From: Podospora anserina
Lineage: Eukaryota
Direction: 5' to 3'
DNA: 64,000 nucleotides
Assembly: GCA_017654855.1 (NCBI GenBank)
Contig: JAFMPO010000001.1
Location: 744,001-808,000, forward strand
Part shown: one piece after another, positions 36,308 through 47,540 of the stretch
How the letters are laid out: each line of letters opens with the position of its first letter
How positions within the stretch are numbered: the stretch's first letter is position 1
Program-made: the position numbers and the translations under genes
The notes under the pieces: generated by a model
The model's input: the letters and a program-made list of their open reading frames with translations, nothing else
What the model was told of the DNA's origin: nothing
Databases searched by the model: none

Positions 36308-39300
36308 ATGCGTCCCGAAGTTGAGCAGGAGCTCGCCCACACGCTCCTTGTCGAGCTTCTCGCCTACCAGTTTGCTTCTCCTGTCAGATGGATTGAGACA
36401 CAAGATGTGTTTCTTGCCGAGAAGATTGCCGAGCGTATCGTGGAAATCGGTCCCGCTGATACCCTTGGTGTAATGGCCAAGAGGACGCTCGCCTCCAAGT
36501 ACGAAGCTTACGACGCCGCAAAGTCTGTTCAAAGACAAATTCTCTGCTACAACAAGGACGCCAAAGAGATTTACTACGATGTCGACCCAGTTGAAGAGGA
36601 GCCTGAGCCGGTAGCAGCCGCGCCAAGCTCTTCCAGTGCTCCCGCTGCGGCTGCGGCGGCCCCAGCTGCTGTTGCGGCGGCACCTCCACCACCGAGTGCT
36701 GGCCCTGCTGCCTCGGTGCCCGATGCGCCGGTGCCGGCCGTTGACATTGTGAAGGCTTTGGTTGCTCAGAAGCTCAAGAAGGGAGCATCTGACATTCCAT
36801 TGGGCAAGGCCATCAAGGACTTGGTTGGTGGTATGTTCTCGCGACCCCTGGAAAAAAAAACCCCTTTATTTTGGAGTTTTGCTGACAACGAGAAACACAG
36901 GTAAATCCACACTTCAGAATGAAATCGTCGGTGACCTCGGGAAGGAGTTTGGCTCGACACCCGAAAAGCCCGAAGATACACCGCTTGATGAGCTCGGTGC
37001 TGCGTTGCAGGCCACTTTCGATGGCAACCTCGGCAAGACCACCCAGGGTCTTATCGCTCGTCTGATTTCTTCAAAGATGCCCGGTGGATTCAACATTACG
37101 ACTGCGAGGAAGTACCTCGAGACGAGGTGGGGTTTGGGCTCCGGACGCCAAGACGGAGTCCTTCTGCTGGCCATCACTATGGAGCCAGCCGCGCGTCTGG
37201 GGTCCGAGGCTGATGCCAAGGCTTTCCTCGACGACGTATCCCAGAAGTACGCCGCCAGCGCTGGCATCAGCTTGTCCACCGCTGCGGCTGCTGGCCCAGC
37301 CGGCGGTTCCGGCGGCGGCATGATGATGGACCCGGCGGCGATTGAGGCTCTGACCAGCGACCAGAAGACGTTTTTCAAGCAACAGCTGGAGCTCACTGCG
37401 AGATATCTCAAGGTGGACATTCGTGCCGGAGACAAGGCTTTCCAGGCCTCCCAAGAGTCTTCCAAGGTCTTGCAGGCCCAGATTGATCTTTGGATGGCCG
37501 AGCATGGCGACTTCTACGCCTCTGGCATTGAGCCCGTCTTTACACCGCTCAAGGCTCGCGTTTACGATTCGTCATGGAACTGGGCCCGTCAAGATGCTCT
37601 TAGCATGTACTACGACATCATTTTCGGGCGGTTGCAGGCTGTTGACCGTGAAATTGTTGGCAAAAGTATCCGGATCATGAACCGTTCTAACCCAGCTCTC
37701 CTCGAGTTCATGCAATATCACATCGACAACTGCCCAACAGAGCGTGGAGAGACCTATCAGCTTGCCAAAGAGCTCGGTGCCATGCTCATCGAGAACTGCA
37801 AGGAGGTGCTCACTGCCGACCCTGTGTACAAGGATGTTGCGGTCCCTACCGGCCCACGCACCACTGTTGATGCTCGCGGCAACATGAAGTATGAGGAGGT
37901 TCCTCGCGCTAGCTGCAGAAAGCTCGAGCATTATGTCCAACAAATGGCCGAGGGTGGCAAGATTTCCGAGTACGGCAGCAGGACAAAGGTTCAGAATGAT
38001 CTGTCCAAGATCTACAAGTTGATCAAGCAGCAGCACAAGCTTCCTAAGACATCGCAGCTCGAGATCAAGAGCTTGTACAGTGATATCATCCGCTCTCTTG
38101 GCATGAACGAGAGCCAAATCATTCCCAAGGAGAACGGCAAGGGTGCCAGCGCCGCCGCCGGTCTCGTCAAAAAGTCCAAGCCCAAGGGCAAGACTGAGAC
38201 CATTCCCTTCCTCCATCTCCGCAAGAAGACTCAGCATGGCTGGGACTACAGCAAGAAGCTCACCAGCCTGTACCTTGACTGCTTGGAGGAAGCCGCCAAG
38301 GATGGTGTCACATTTGCTGGCAAGTATGTGCTCATGACTGGTGCTGGAGCTGGCTCCATCGGTGCCGAGGTTCTCCAGGGCCTCATCACTGGCGGTGCCA
38401 AGGTTGTTGTCACCACCTCTCGCTTCTCCCGTGAAGTGACCGAGTATTACCAGTCCATGTATGCTCGTTATGGCTCGCGCGGCTCTCAGCTCGTGGTCGT
38501 TCCCTTCAACCAGGGCAGCGTTCAGGATGTCAACGCCCTTGTCGAGTACATCTATGACCCCAAGACCGGCCTTGGCTGGGACTTGGACTTCATCGTTCCT
38601 TTTGCCGCCATTTCTGAGCAGGGTCGCCAGATCGATGGCATCGACTCCAAGTCTGAGCTTGCTCACCGCATCATGCTCACCAACCTCATCCGTCTTCTCG
38701 GAAACGTCAAGGCCCAGAAGGCCGCCCGTGGTTTCGAGACCCGGCCTGCTCAGGTCATTCTTCCCCTTTCTCCCAACCACGGCACGTTCGGCAGTGACGG
38801 TCTCTATTCCGAGTCCAAGCTTGGCCTCGAGACTCTCTTCAACAGGTGGCATGCCGAGGACTGGGCTAACTACCTCACCATTTGCGGTGCCATCATCGGC
38901 TGGACCCGTGGCACTGGTCTCATGGCTGGTAACAACATGGTGGCCGAGGCTGTCGAAAACTTTGGCGTGCGCACCTTCTCGCAGCAGGAAATGGCTTTCA
39001 ACCTTCTTGGACTCATGTCTCCCACTGTCGTCGATTTGTGCCAGAATGAGCCCGTGTTTGCCGACTTGAACGGTGGTCTCCAGTTTATTCCCAACCTGAA
39101 CGAGGTGATGACCAAGGAGCGCAAGTCCATCACCGAGACCAGCGAGATTCGTCGTGCCGTCACCAAGGAGACCGCTGTCGAGAACAAGATTGTCAACGGT
39201 GAAGACTCTGAGGTCCTCTACAAGAAGAAGGTCATCGAGCCTCGCGCCAATCTCAAGTACGACTTCCCCACCCTTCCCGACTGGAAGTCCGAGGTTGCTC

Positions 39301-42049
39301 CTCTCAACGACAAGCTCAAGGGCATGGTCGATCTCGACAGGGTTGTCGTCATTACTGGTTTCGCCGAGGTTGGTCCATGGGGCAACTCGAGGACTAGATG
39401 GGAGATGGAGGCGTACGGCGAGTTCTCCCTGGAGGGCTGCATCGAGATGGCCTGGATGATGGGTCTCATCAGGAACCACAACGGTCCCATCAAGGGCCAG
39501 CCATACTCCGGCTGGGTTGATGGCAAGACTGGCGAGCCTGTGGAGGACAAGGACATCAAGGCCAAGTACGAAAAGTACATCTTGGAGCACTCCGGTATCC
39601 GTCTGATCGAGCCCGAGCTGTTCGATGGCTATGACCCCAACAAGAAGCAGCTCCTCCAGGAGGTCGTCATTGAGGAGGATCTGGATCCCTTCCAGACTTC
39701 CAAGGAGACCGCCGAGGAGTTCAAGCGCGAGCATGGAGACAAGGTCGAGGTCTTTGAGATCCCCGAGAGTGGCGAGTACACTGTTCGTATGAGGAAGGGG
39801 GCATCCCTCTGGATTCCCAAGGCCCTTCGCTTCGACCGTCTCGTTGCTGGTCAGATCCCAACTGGCTGGGACGCCAAGCGCTACGGCATCCCTGAGGACA
39901 TCATCAGCCAAGTCGACCCCGTTTCTCTGTACGTTCTCGTCTCGACTGCCGAGGCCCTCTTATCCTCCGGTATCACAGATCCTTTCGAGTTCTACAAGTA
40001 TGTCCATGTGTCCGAAGTGGGCAACTGCATTGGTGGTGGTCTTGGTGGATCAACGGCTCTCCGCCAGATGCACGTCGATCGCTACAAGGACAAGCCGGTC
40101 CAGAACGACATTCTTCAGGAGTCCTTCATCAACACCATCGCTGCGTGGGTGAACATGTTGCTCCTCTCGTCTTCTGGCCCCATCAAGACCCCCGTCGGTG
40201 CTTGCGCTACTGCTGTTGAATCCGTCGACATCGGTTATGAGACCATCATGGAGGGCAAGGCCCGCATCTGCATCGTCGGTGGTTATGATGACTTTGGTGA
40301 GGAGGGCTCGTACGAGTTCGCCAACATGAAAGCCACCAGCAACTCTGTTGACGAGATGGCCCATGGCCGCACTCCTGCCGAGATGTCCAGACCCACCACC
40401 ACGACTAGAAACGGCTTCATGGAAGCTCAGGGTGCCGGTCTCCAGGTCATCATGACTGCCAAGCTCGCTCTCGACATGGGTGTTCCCATTTGGGGCATTC
40501 TTGCCCTCACCACGACCGCCTCTGACAAGATCGGACGCTCCGTCCCTGCTCCCGGCCAGGGTGTTCTCACCACCGCCCGTGAGCATTCCGGCAAGTTCCC
40601 CTCCCCACTTTTGGACATCAAGTACAGAAGGCGCCAGATCGAGAGGCGCACTCGCCAAATCCAGGGTGATAAGGAAGCCGAGCACCAATACCTCGCCGAC
40701 GAGGCTGAGGCTCTCAAGTCTGAGGGTCGGTCGCGTGGTGAGATTGAGGAGTATGTCGCAGACCGGGCCAGGCACATCGAGAAGGAGGCCGAGAGGCAAA
40801 CTCGCGAGGTGTTGCGCAGCTTTGGCAACAACTTCTGGAAGCAGGATCCCAGCATCGCTCCCCTGCGTGGCGCTCTGGCCACTTGGGGTCTCACCATCGA
40901 CGATCTTGACGTTGCTTCTTTCCACGGCACGTCCACCAAGGCCAACGACAAGAACGAGTCTTCTGTTATTTGCCAACAGCTCGAGCATCTCGGCCGTACC
41001 AAGGGCAATGCCGTCATGGGTATCTTCCAGAAGTATCTCACAGGTCATCCCAAGGGTGCTGCCGGTGCCTGGATGTTGAACGGCTGCCTGCAGGTTCTCA
41101 ACAGTGGTCTCGTGCCCGGTAACCGCAACGCTGACAACGTCGACGCCATCATGGAGAAGTTTGATCACATCGTCTACCCCAGCCGTACTCTCCAGACCGA
41201 TGGCGTCAAGGCTTTCTCGGTCACCTCTTTTGGTTTCGGCCAGAAAGGTGCTCAGGCTATCGGTATCCACCCCAAGTATCTGTATGCCACTCTTGACCAG
41301 CAAACCTTCAACTCGTACAAGACCAGGGTTGAGGCTCGCCAGAAGAAGGCCTACACGTACTTCCACAACGGCCTGATCAACAACGCGCTGTTCGTTGCAA
41401 AGGACAAGCCCCCATATACCGATGAGCAACTCAGCCAGGTTCTCCTCAACCCCGATGCTCGCGTCACGGAAGACAAGAAGACTGGCCAGCTCATCTTCCC
41501 TCCCAACTTCATGAAGCTTTCTGAGAAGACTGCTTCTGCCACGCCTGCTTCTCCTCAGAGCGGCAAGGCAGCTTTGGAGATGATGATTGGGCAGGCCGCG
41601 AGGGCACTTGAGACGGCCAACACTCAGGTGGGTATGGATATTGAGGACATCAAGTCGATCAACACCAACAGCGACACTTTCCTTGACCGCAACTTCACCG
41701 AGGCCGAGATGAAGTACTGCTTCTCGTCCTCCACTGGGCGGTCGCCTCAGAAGGCGTTTGCTGGCCGATGGAGTGCCAAGGAGGCCGTCTTCAAGGCCCT
41801 GCGTGTCCAGGGACAAGGAGCGGGTGCGGCTCTGAAGGATATTGAGATCGTTTCAGACAGCACTGGCTCACCAACAGTCAAGGTATGCAAAGCGGATCCT
41901 GCGTCTGGTATGATCATAAGCTAACTTTTCGCTTGTAGCTGCACGGTTATGTTCAAGAAGCCGCTCAGAAGGCTGGTATCAGATACGTCAACGTGTCCAT
42001 CACATACACCGATGACCACGCGGCCGCCATTGCCACAGCGCAGCTCTGA
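36308..42049 (+). CDS. FAS2: Fatty acid synthase alpha subunit; exons 36308-36830, 36901-41882, 41939-42049 (~1871 aa)
   Basis: N-terminus [45 protein letters not shown] spans intron 1, followed by KR GLYSESK, KS VGACATA and C-terminal [14 protein letters not shown]. Confidence 0.97.
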
Positions 42050-42442
42050 GCCCATGGATGAATACGAGAAAAGGATTAGACGAAAGGGACTATACTATCT
42101 ATCATACATACATGTTGTAATTGGGAACTAGGGACTTGAAAAGGATGTGTACATCATGATTTAGATCGACGGCCTCGGGATGGGACGTCGCCATAGAGCG
42201 CGCGCATGGGATTTGTCTGCGTAGATTTTGAGGGCGTTTATGTTGGCATCTTATTACTAGGTTATGTTTTAAGCTTTTTTTTTATTATCAGGTCAACTGC
42301 CGAACGAGTTCATCCAGTGTGACGTGACACCTGTCAAACCAGGGGCAATGACGGTGCCACCCAGGCACATGTTCTAGTGTTGACCAAACTGTCGGTATCA
42401 TCGTTTCATCAGCGAGCGAAGCTTTAAAAAGTTGCGTCCTTC

Positions 42443-42648
42443 CTTTGTTGTTCTAGCGTGATGGCGGGCTGTGTCGGTTCGGATCGGCTGCCAAGAGTGC
42501 TTGCTCTCGGCCTGGTCGGGCAACGCCGGCACCCGTGACCCCCGCAGGCGGCGACCCGCGTTCGGGGGCGCAGAGAGCCGAACTCCACTCTCGGCGGGGG
42601 ATATCCGCTGGCGCTGCCAAGCGCGGGTTGTCATCGACTTTGTTGTTC
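42443..42648. other. GC-rich hairpin-rich element flanked by an 11-bp direct repeat CTTTGTTGTTC (42443-42453, 42638-42648); identity unknown
   Basis: The 184-bp core is ~70% GC by manual count and sits in an otherwise AT-richer intergenic region. Several inverted repeats are visible. Confidence 0.45.
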
Positions 42649-42670
42649 ACCTCTGAAACCTGGCAGAAAT

Positions 42671-42799
42671 AGATAAGAAACGGTCTTCCTGTTTATTTTG
42701 TTTCCTGACTTGATCTTTTGGGCTTTTTGGTGACTTTTGCGACACTTATCTCGATCCAGATAAATTGGAGATACGACGGACGGAGTGTTGGACTGATAA
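42671..42799. promoter_or_regulatory. Cluster of four HGATAR sites (candidate AreA/NIT2 sites) upstream of guanine deaminase
   Basis: AGATAA at 42671, TTATCT at 42746, AGATAA at 42758 and TGATAA at 42794. Confidence 0.5.
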
Positions 42800-42920
42800 G
42801 CAAAGACCGACCAGGCACGGCCGGAACACAGTACAACCAACCTCCTTGTTCACGATTGGATCTTACTTCTGACAAAACTTACAAGCCGTTTGTCATCTCC
42901 AAGACTATCACATCATCAAA

Positions 42921-44348
42921 ATGGGGGATATCGGCTTCCCCACCGCTGCCGTGAGCGAGACAAGGCCACCAGCGAAGAACAAGATCTTCCTTGGCACTTT
43001 CATCCACTCCAAGACTCTGAGCGAACTCGAGTATCTTCACAATGCCGCCGTAGCAGTCGACAGTCTCGGCACCATTGTCGCTGTCTCCCCGGACACCGAC
43101 ATCGCCAAGGCCAAAAGCACACTCCTCCCCCAGCTGAACTGGCCCTCTGATGATACCGACATGGTTGTCGCCAAAGCCGGCCAGTTCTTTTTCCCCGGCT
43201 TCATCGACACCCACCTCCACGCCTCGCAGTATCCCAACGTTGGCCTCTTTGGCAACTCGACCCTCCTGGACTGGTTGAACACTTACACTTTCCCCTTGGA
43301 GGCGTCTTTATCCTCGCTCCCAAAAGCCCAAAAGGTCTACTCCCGTGTCATCCGCAAGACACTTTCTCACGGCACAACCACTGCAGCGTACTATGCCACC
43401 ATTGACGTCCCCGCCACCAATCTCCTGGCAGATTTGTGCCTCTCCTCCGGCCAGCGCGCCCTGATCGGGAGAGTATGCATGGATCAGCTCGGCCCATCCT
43501 ACTACCTCGACGAATCCCCAGCGGAATCCCTCGCCAAAACAAAGCAGTGCATCGATCACGTCTTGTCCAAAGACCCCAAGATGGAGCTAATCACCCCCAT
43601 CATCACCCCCCGTTTCGCACCCGCTTGTTCGGCCCCCCTGATGAAGGAGCTAGGCCAACTAGCAAAAGAAACCGACCTCCCTGTTCAGACGCACATCAGT
43701 GAAAACAAAAACGAGATAGCCCTCGTGGCGAGTCTCTTCCCAGACGCAGGGGATAGCTACGCAGAGGTGTACGACACGTTTGGGCTGCTGACGCCAAGAA
43801 CGATCCTGGCGCATGCGGTGCACCTGACAGAAAAAGAAGCGGATTTGGTCACGGAGAGGAAGAGCAAAGTCAGCCATTGCCCTTGCTCCAACTCGGCGAT
43901 TACCTCTGGAGCGGCGAGGGTGAGGTGGTTGTTGGATAAGGGGATCGAGGTTGGGCTGGGGACGGATATGAGCGGGGGGTACTCGCCTAGTGTGCTCGAG
44001 GCGGCGAGGCATGCGGTTTTGGTGAGCAGGCATATTTGTATGGATGAGGGGAAGTCGGAAGAGAGGGATAAGTTGAGCGTGGAGGAGGTTTTGTACCTGG
44101 CTACGAGGGGAGGGGCGAAGGTTGTGGGGATGGAGGACAAGATTGGTGGGTTGGAGGTGGGGATGGAGTGGGATGCTCAGCTTGTGGGACTTCATGAGGT
44201 GGATGAAGAGGAGGAGGAGGAGGGAAATGTCGATGTGTTTGGATGGGAGAGTTGGGAGGAGAAGATTGCGAAGTGGGTGTATAATGGTGATGATAGGAAT
44301 ACAAAGAAGGTGTGGGTGAGGGGGAGGTTGGTTCATGAGAGGAAGTGA
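42921..44348 (+). CDS. GUD1: Guanine deaminase (amidohydrolase family, 475 aa)
   Basis: Motifs PGFIDTHLHASQY, ITPRFAP, QTHISEN, LAHAVHL, HCPCSN, GLGTDMSGG and GDDRN. Confidence 0.93.
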   Translation: MGDIGFPTAAVSETRPPAKNKIFLGTFIHSKTLSELEYLHNAAVAVDSLGTIVAVSPDTDIAKAKSTLLPQLNWPSDDTDMVVAKAGQFFFPGFIDTHLHASQYPNVGLFGNSTLLDWLNTYTFPLEASLSSLPKAQKVYSRVIRKTLSHGTTTAAYYATIDVPATNLLADLCLSSGQRALIGRVCMDQLGPSYYLDESPAESLAKTKQCIDHVLSKDPKMELITPIITPRFAPACSAPLMKELGQLAKETDLPVQTHISENKNEIALVASLFPDAGDSYAEVYDTFGLLTPRTILAHAVHLTEKEADLVTERKSKVSHCPCSNSAITSGAARVRWLLDKGIEVGLGTDMSGGYSPSVLEAARHAVLVSRHICMDEGKSEERDKLSVEEVLYLATRGGAKVVGMEDKIGGLEVGMEWDAQLVGLHEVDEEEEEEGNVDVFGWESWEEKIAKWVYNGDDRNTKKVWVRGRLVHERK

Positions 44349-45468
44349 TTTCACGACATTTTGATTATTCCAGGAATTTAGAAAGAGAACAGCAAGCGTG
44401 TTGGCGTTTAGAAGATCTTGTAACGAATATGATGACAGTTTTTCCCGTTTAAGTCATCACAGGAACAATTGTAGGAAATTCTGTTCCATAAAGCTGTGGC
44501 AAGTGTTGACCAAGTCGCAAAGAAGCAACCGTCATGGGTTTGAACCAACTACCTGAAGCGAAGGGTCGAGTCCGGCCCACACAACCCCAACTGGTCAGAC
44601 CAGGTTGCTCGCGGCTCCTTGACCGTTGCGCTGTCTACACACAATGGCTAGCTACTTCGCTGATAGCATGTGCAGATAGGTGGTATATAGGTATGCTTTC
44701 TATCTGCTCAGTTTCATCTGAAATTCATCATCCAATGATATGACATCATCGTAACCATCTCAAAGTCGTAAACAACTGCGGCGCTGTCCGCCTTGGCCAT
44801 GACCCCTATCGACCCGCCGCAGAGGCCAGCCGACCGCTGTGCCCCATCAATCAAATCACCGTCGGATTTTGTCAGCCATTGAACATGCCACTGAACAAGA
44901 GCTGATGAGTCAGTACAGTAAGCTACGCCTCCATGTTTAGGCCGTGAAACGTCAACGAGGCCAGCAACCCAGGACGCCATGACGGCTGCCACCATCCGGG
45001 CCATCCCTTAACCTTATTTCTCGGCCGAGTTCGATCCCATGATTTTCCCCGACGACCGTCATCATGATTATGGAATGTTTCCGCTGCCTAAGGGCCGGAG
45101 AAGTCGGCTTAGGATCGGCCGGGTCTGCGGGTATCGTGCGGCAAGGGGGCGATCAACCCAGGAAGGTCATCATCAAGTCGAAACTAGGCGAAAAAGCAGA
45201 GGCGCCTTGATGAGAAGAGAATTGGACCGGTGAGATGGCCAAGACCTGTTTGAGATCCTGGGGATGAACTCATCATGAGAATACCGTAGGAGAACTTGGG
45301 CTTTTAGCAGTGAGGTGGATGTGATCGAAAGAGTATAAATCAGACAGATTTCGCTCACTTGAAAGAAACTATTCATCGGCATCAACAACTACAACAGCAA
45401 CACTACAACAACAGCAAACAACACTTTCAAAACACTCACACAAATAATCAATCTTGCCATCTTTCAAA

Positions 45469-45885
45469 ATGCGTGCCACCACCACCATCCTCTTCATCGC
45501 TTCCCTCGCCTCCACCGCCTTCGGTGCTGCGACCAAGATGTTTGACGACGAGAACTGGTATTCCTCCCTTTATCGTCATCTCTTGCCAAAAACAGCCTAA
45601 CTAATCACTTCCTCTAGCCAAAATGAAGTCGACAAAAAGGTCTTTAACGGCTTCTCCACCGGTGACGCTCCCCTCACCGACAACATCAAGTCCATCCGCA
45701 CCGACTCCCGCGTCGACACCTGGTTTGCCTACCAGCGCAACGACGGCGAGGGGTGCAAGGGCGACCTCATCACCAGAGTCAACAACGGTGATTGCATCAA
45801 GGTTTCTGACTTGGGCATTGGGTGCACGCGGTTGTGTGCCAGTGGTTTGGGTGCTGGCAGCTGTGTTGCTACCACTATCCCTTAA
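45469..45885 (+). CDS. Small secreted cysteine-rich protein (118 aa, 6 Cys); exons 45469-45557 and 45618-45885
   Basis: Signal peptide MRATTTILFIASLASTAFG and a 60-nt intron GTATTC...CTAAC...TAG. It has C-biased codons, TATAAA near 45334 and a CAA-rich 5' leader. Confidence 0.85.
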
Positions 45886-47540
45886 ACGGTGATGCTGCTT
45901 TGAGATATAGGGGATTGCTGGTCTGAATTGGGCGTTTGGATAAAGGTCGGGGATTGGTTTGAATTCGCATATTGATAGTATTTGGCTTATTGAATTTCTA
46001 CACTGTCTGTTTTAAACAATTTGCCATGCCGCTGCGAGTGAAAATAGACAAAGAAAAGGCGTACGGCTACCTATAACCCGAAGAACAACAGGTGCCAGTT
46101 ACAGAGCCTGTCAGAGTTGACTGACGTCGGGTCTGATGATGGCTGCACCGAAGGCACGGTTCAACACTGCGGCTGCTTACAGTCGCAACTTTGGCACTCA
46201 ATCTCTTGGTGCGCTTTCCTCCACCCATTGGCTCGCCATGTCCTGTGACCCTGTTTCGACCACCTATCAAAGTTTCCAAAAGACATCTCGATCAGCGATC
46301 CACATGTCTCCCGGCACTCGATATTGACGGCTGATCAACCCGAAGAATGCACCATCTCGCGTTCTATCTTCAGCCGCATCTTTCAAGATGATTCATCCAC
46401 TCTTCTGGAAGCAAATGCCAACACTTGTTCCGGCTAATAATAGCGAAGCCCTCAACGCCTATCGCGGCTCCTTTCCGTTACCGGTCGTTACACCCAGCTC
46501 AACAACAGTTGTCGTCGTTCCGCGATATTGACCAGGACCCACGATAATGAAACCTCAAACTACACCGTTCACTACCGTCGTCATCATGCAAAGACTCCCG
46601 CCTTGGCACTGGTAGTCAAGATTGAGGCAGCCGACGCGTTGTGGGGGCGTTTTGCTCTCTAACGACAAACCCTCGTGTCATTCTTCCCCAGAAACCTCAA
46701 GATCCAAGAGCAAATTGCCATCGCGAAGCAAACAACCCCTCCCCAAGAAGCGTGATCTTGTGCCGTAGTCCCGCGCCAAGTTGCAAGAGAGAAAAAAAGT
46801 GCGGAAGCCGAGCCACGGCGCGACACGGGTTAGGGACACCCCTTGTCTCTCGCTTGGTGTGCATCCTCTGGCGAATCACGAGCCTTCCAAGCCGCCATAT
46901 TGGGCAGTGCTCACCACTTGAAGCTTCAGCTCATTAACCAGTTGCGGCAGTCCAGCAGACAATCCCCAGGGTCGTCCCAAGGGAAGCCCAACTGCGGGCC
47001 CAAAAGTAGACCCAAAGTCTGCTATGCGTCTGCTTTTTGGCACTTGAAATTTGACGTCTCACTCACTGCGCAGTGGTTTCCTTTTCTTCAGCCTTCGGGG
47101 CACACATATCGGCCTTGGCACGACGACGTCAGCGAATCGAGTTTCAACGACATACCCCGGCACACCACACACCCCCAAGCGCCGTTTCTCAGTACATTCT
47201 TCCATCGTGTCAGTCCATGCCTGGCGTGGACATGGGTGCCGAACTGTTGTTGAGGCCGCCACTGCATCTTGGGCTTGCAGAAACTGACACACCCTGTCCG
47301 TTCAGGCATGTGGCATGTGAGCAACCGCCGCCGCCCCAAGCCGAATCTGGCCTGGCTGATTAGGTCTTGAATGCGAAATGAGGAGATGTGTGACACCAAA
47401 GCAAAGTGATAAAAAGATGGTGTTTCCCCCACTTCTGAGCAGCTGGTTTGTTGCTGTAGGCCAAACCAAACTGTGTGATATCAACAACACCAGCTTCGTA
47501 CAGACTCGACACCACCCCAAGTCACCAACAGACCCACATC

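Noticed and set aside
28060..41816. Long ORFs (588-779 aa) antisense to FAS1 and FAS2
   Set aside because: These are expected shadows of strong C-ending codon bias.
85..42049. SPO7 plus a phosphatase plus FAS1/FAS2 as a lipid gene cluster
   Set aside because: The genes are separated by unrelated genes. The DSP is a CX5R enzyme, not the HAD-type Nem1 partner of Spo7.
26934..42049. FAS pair as a secondary-metabolite (aflatoxin-type) FAS
   Set aside because: No PKS/NRPS or tailoring genes are nearby. The sequence and strong codon bias fit the primary FAS.
42330..42700. U3 snoRNA, SRP helix 8 or telomerase P6.1 (GGAG-TTCGG-CTCT) readings of the GC-rich element
   Set aside because: Only partial matches: no proper box D or terminal stem for U3, wrong spacing for SRP helix 8, and no TAACCCTAA template nearby.
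44900..44955. CTGATGAG...GAAAC hammerhead-like core
   Set aside because: Stem II and the flanking stems do not pair.
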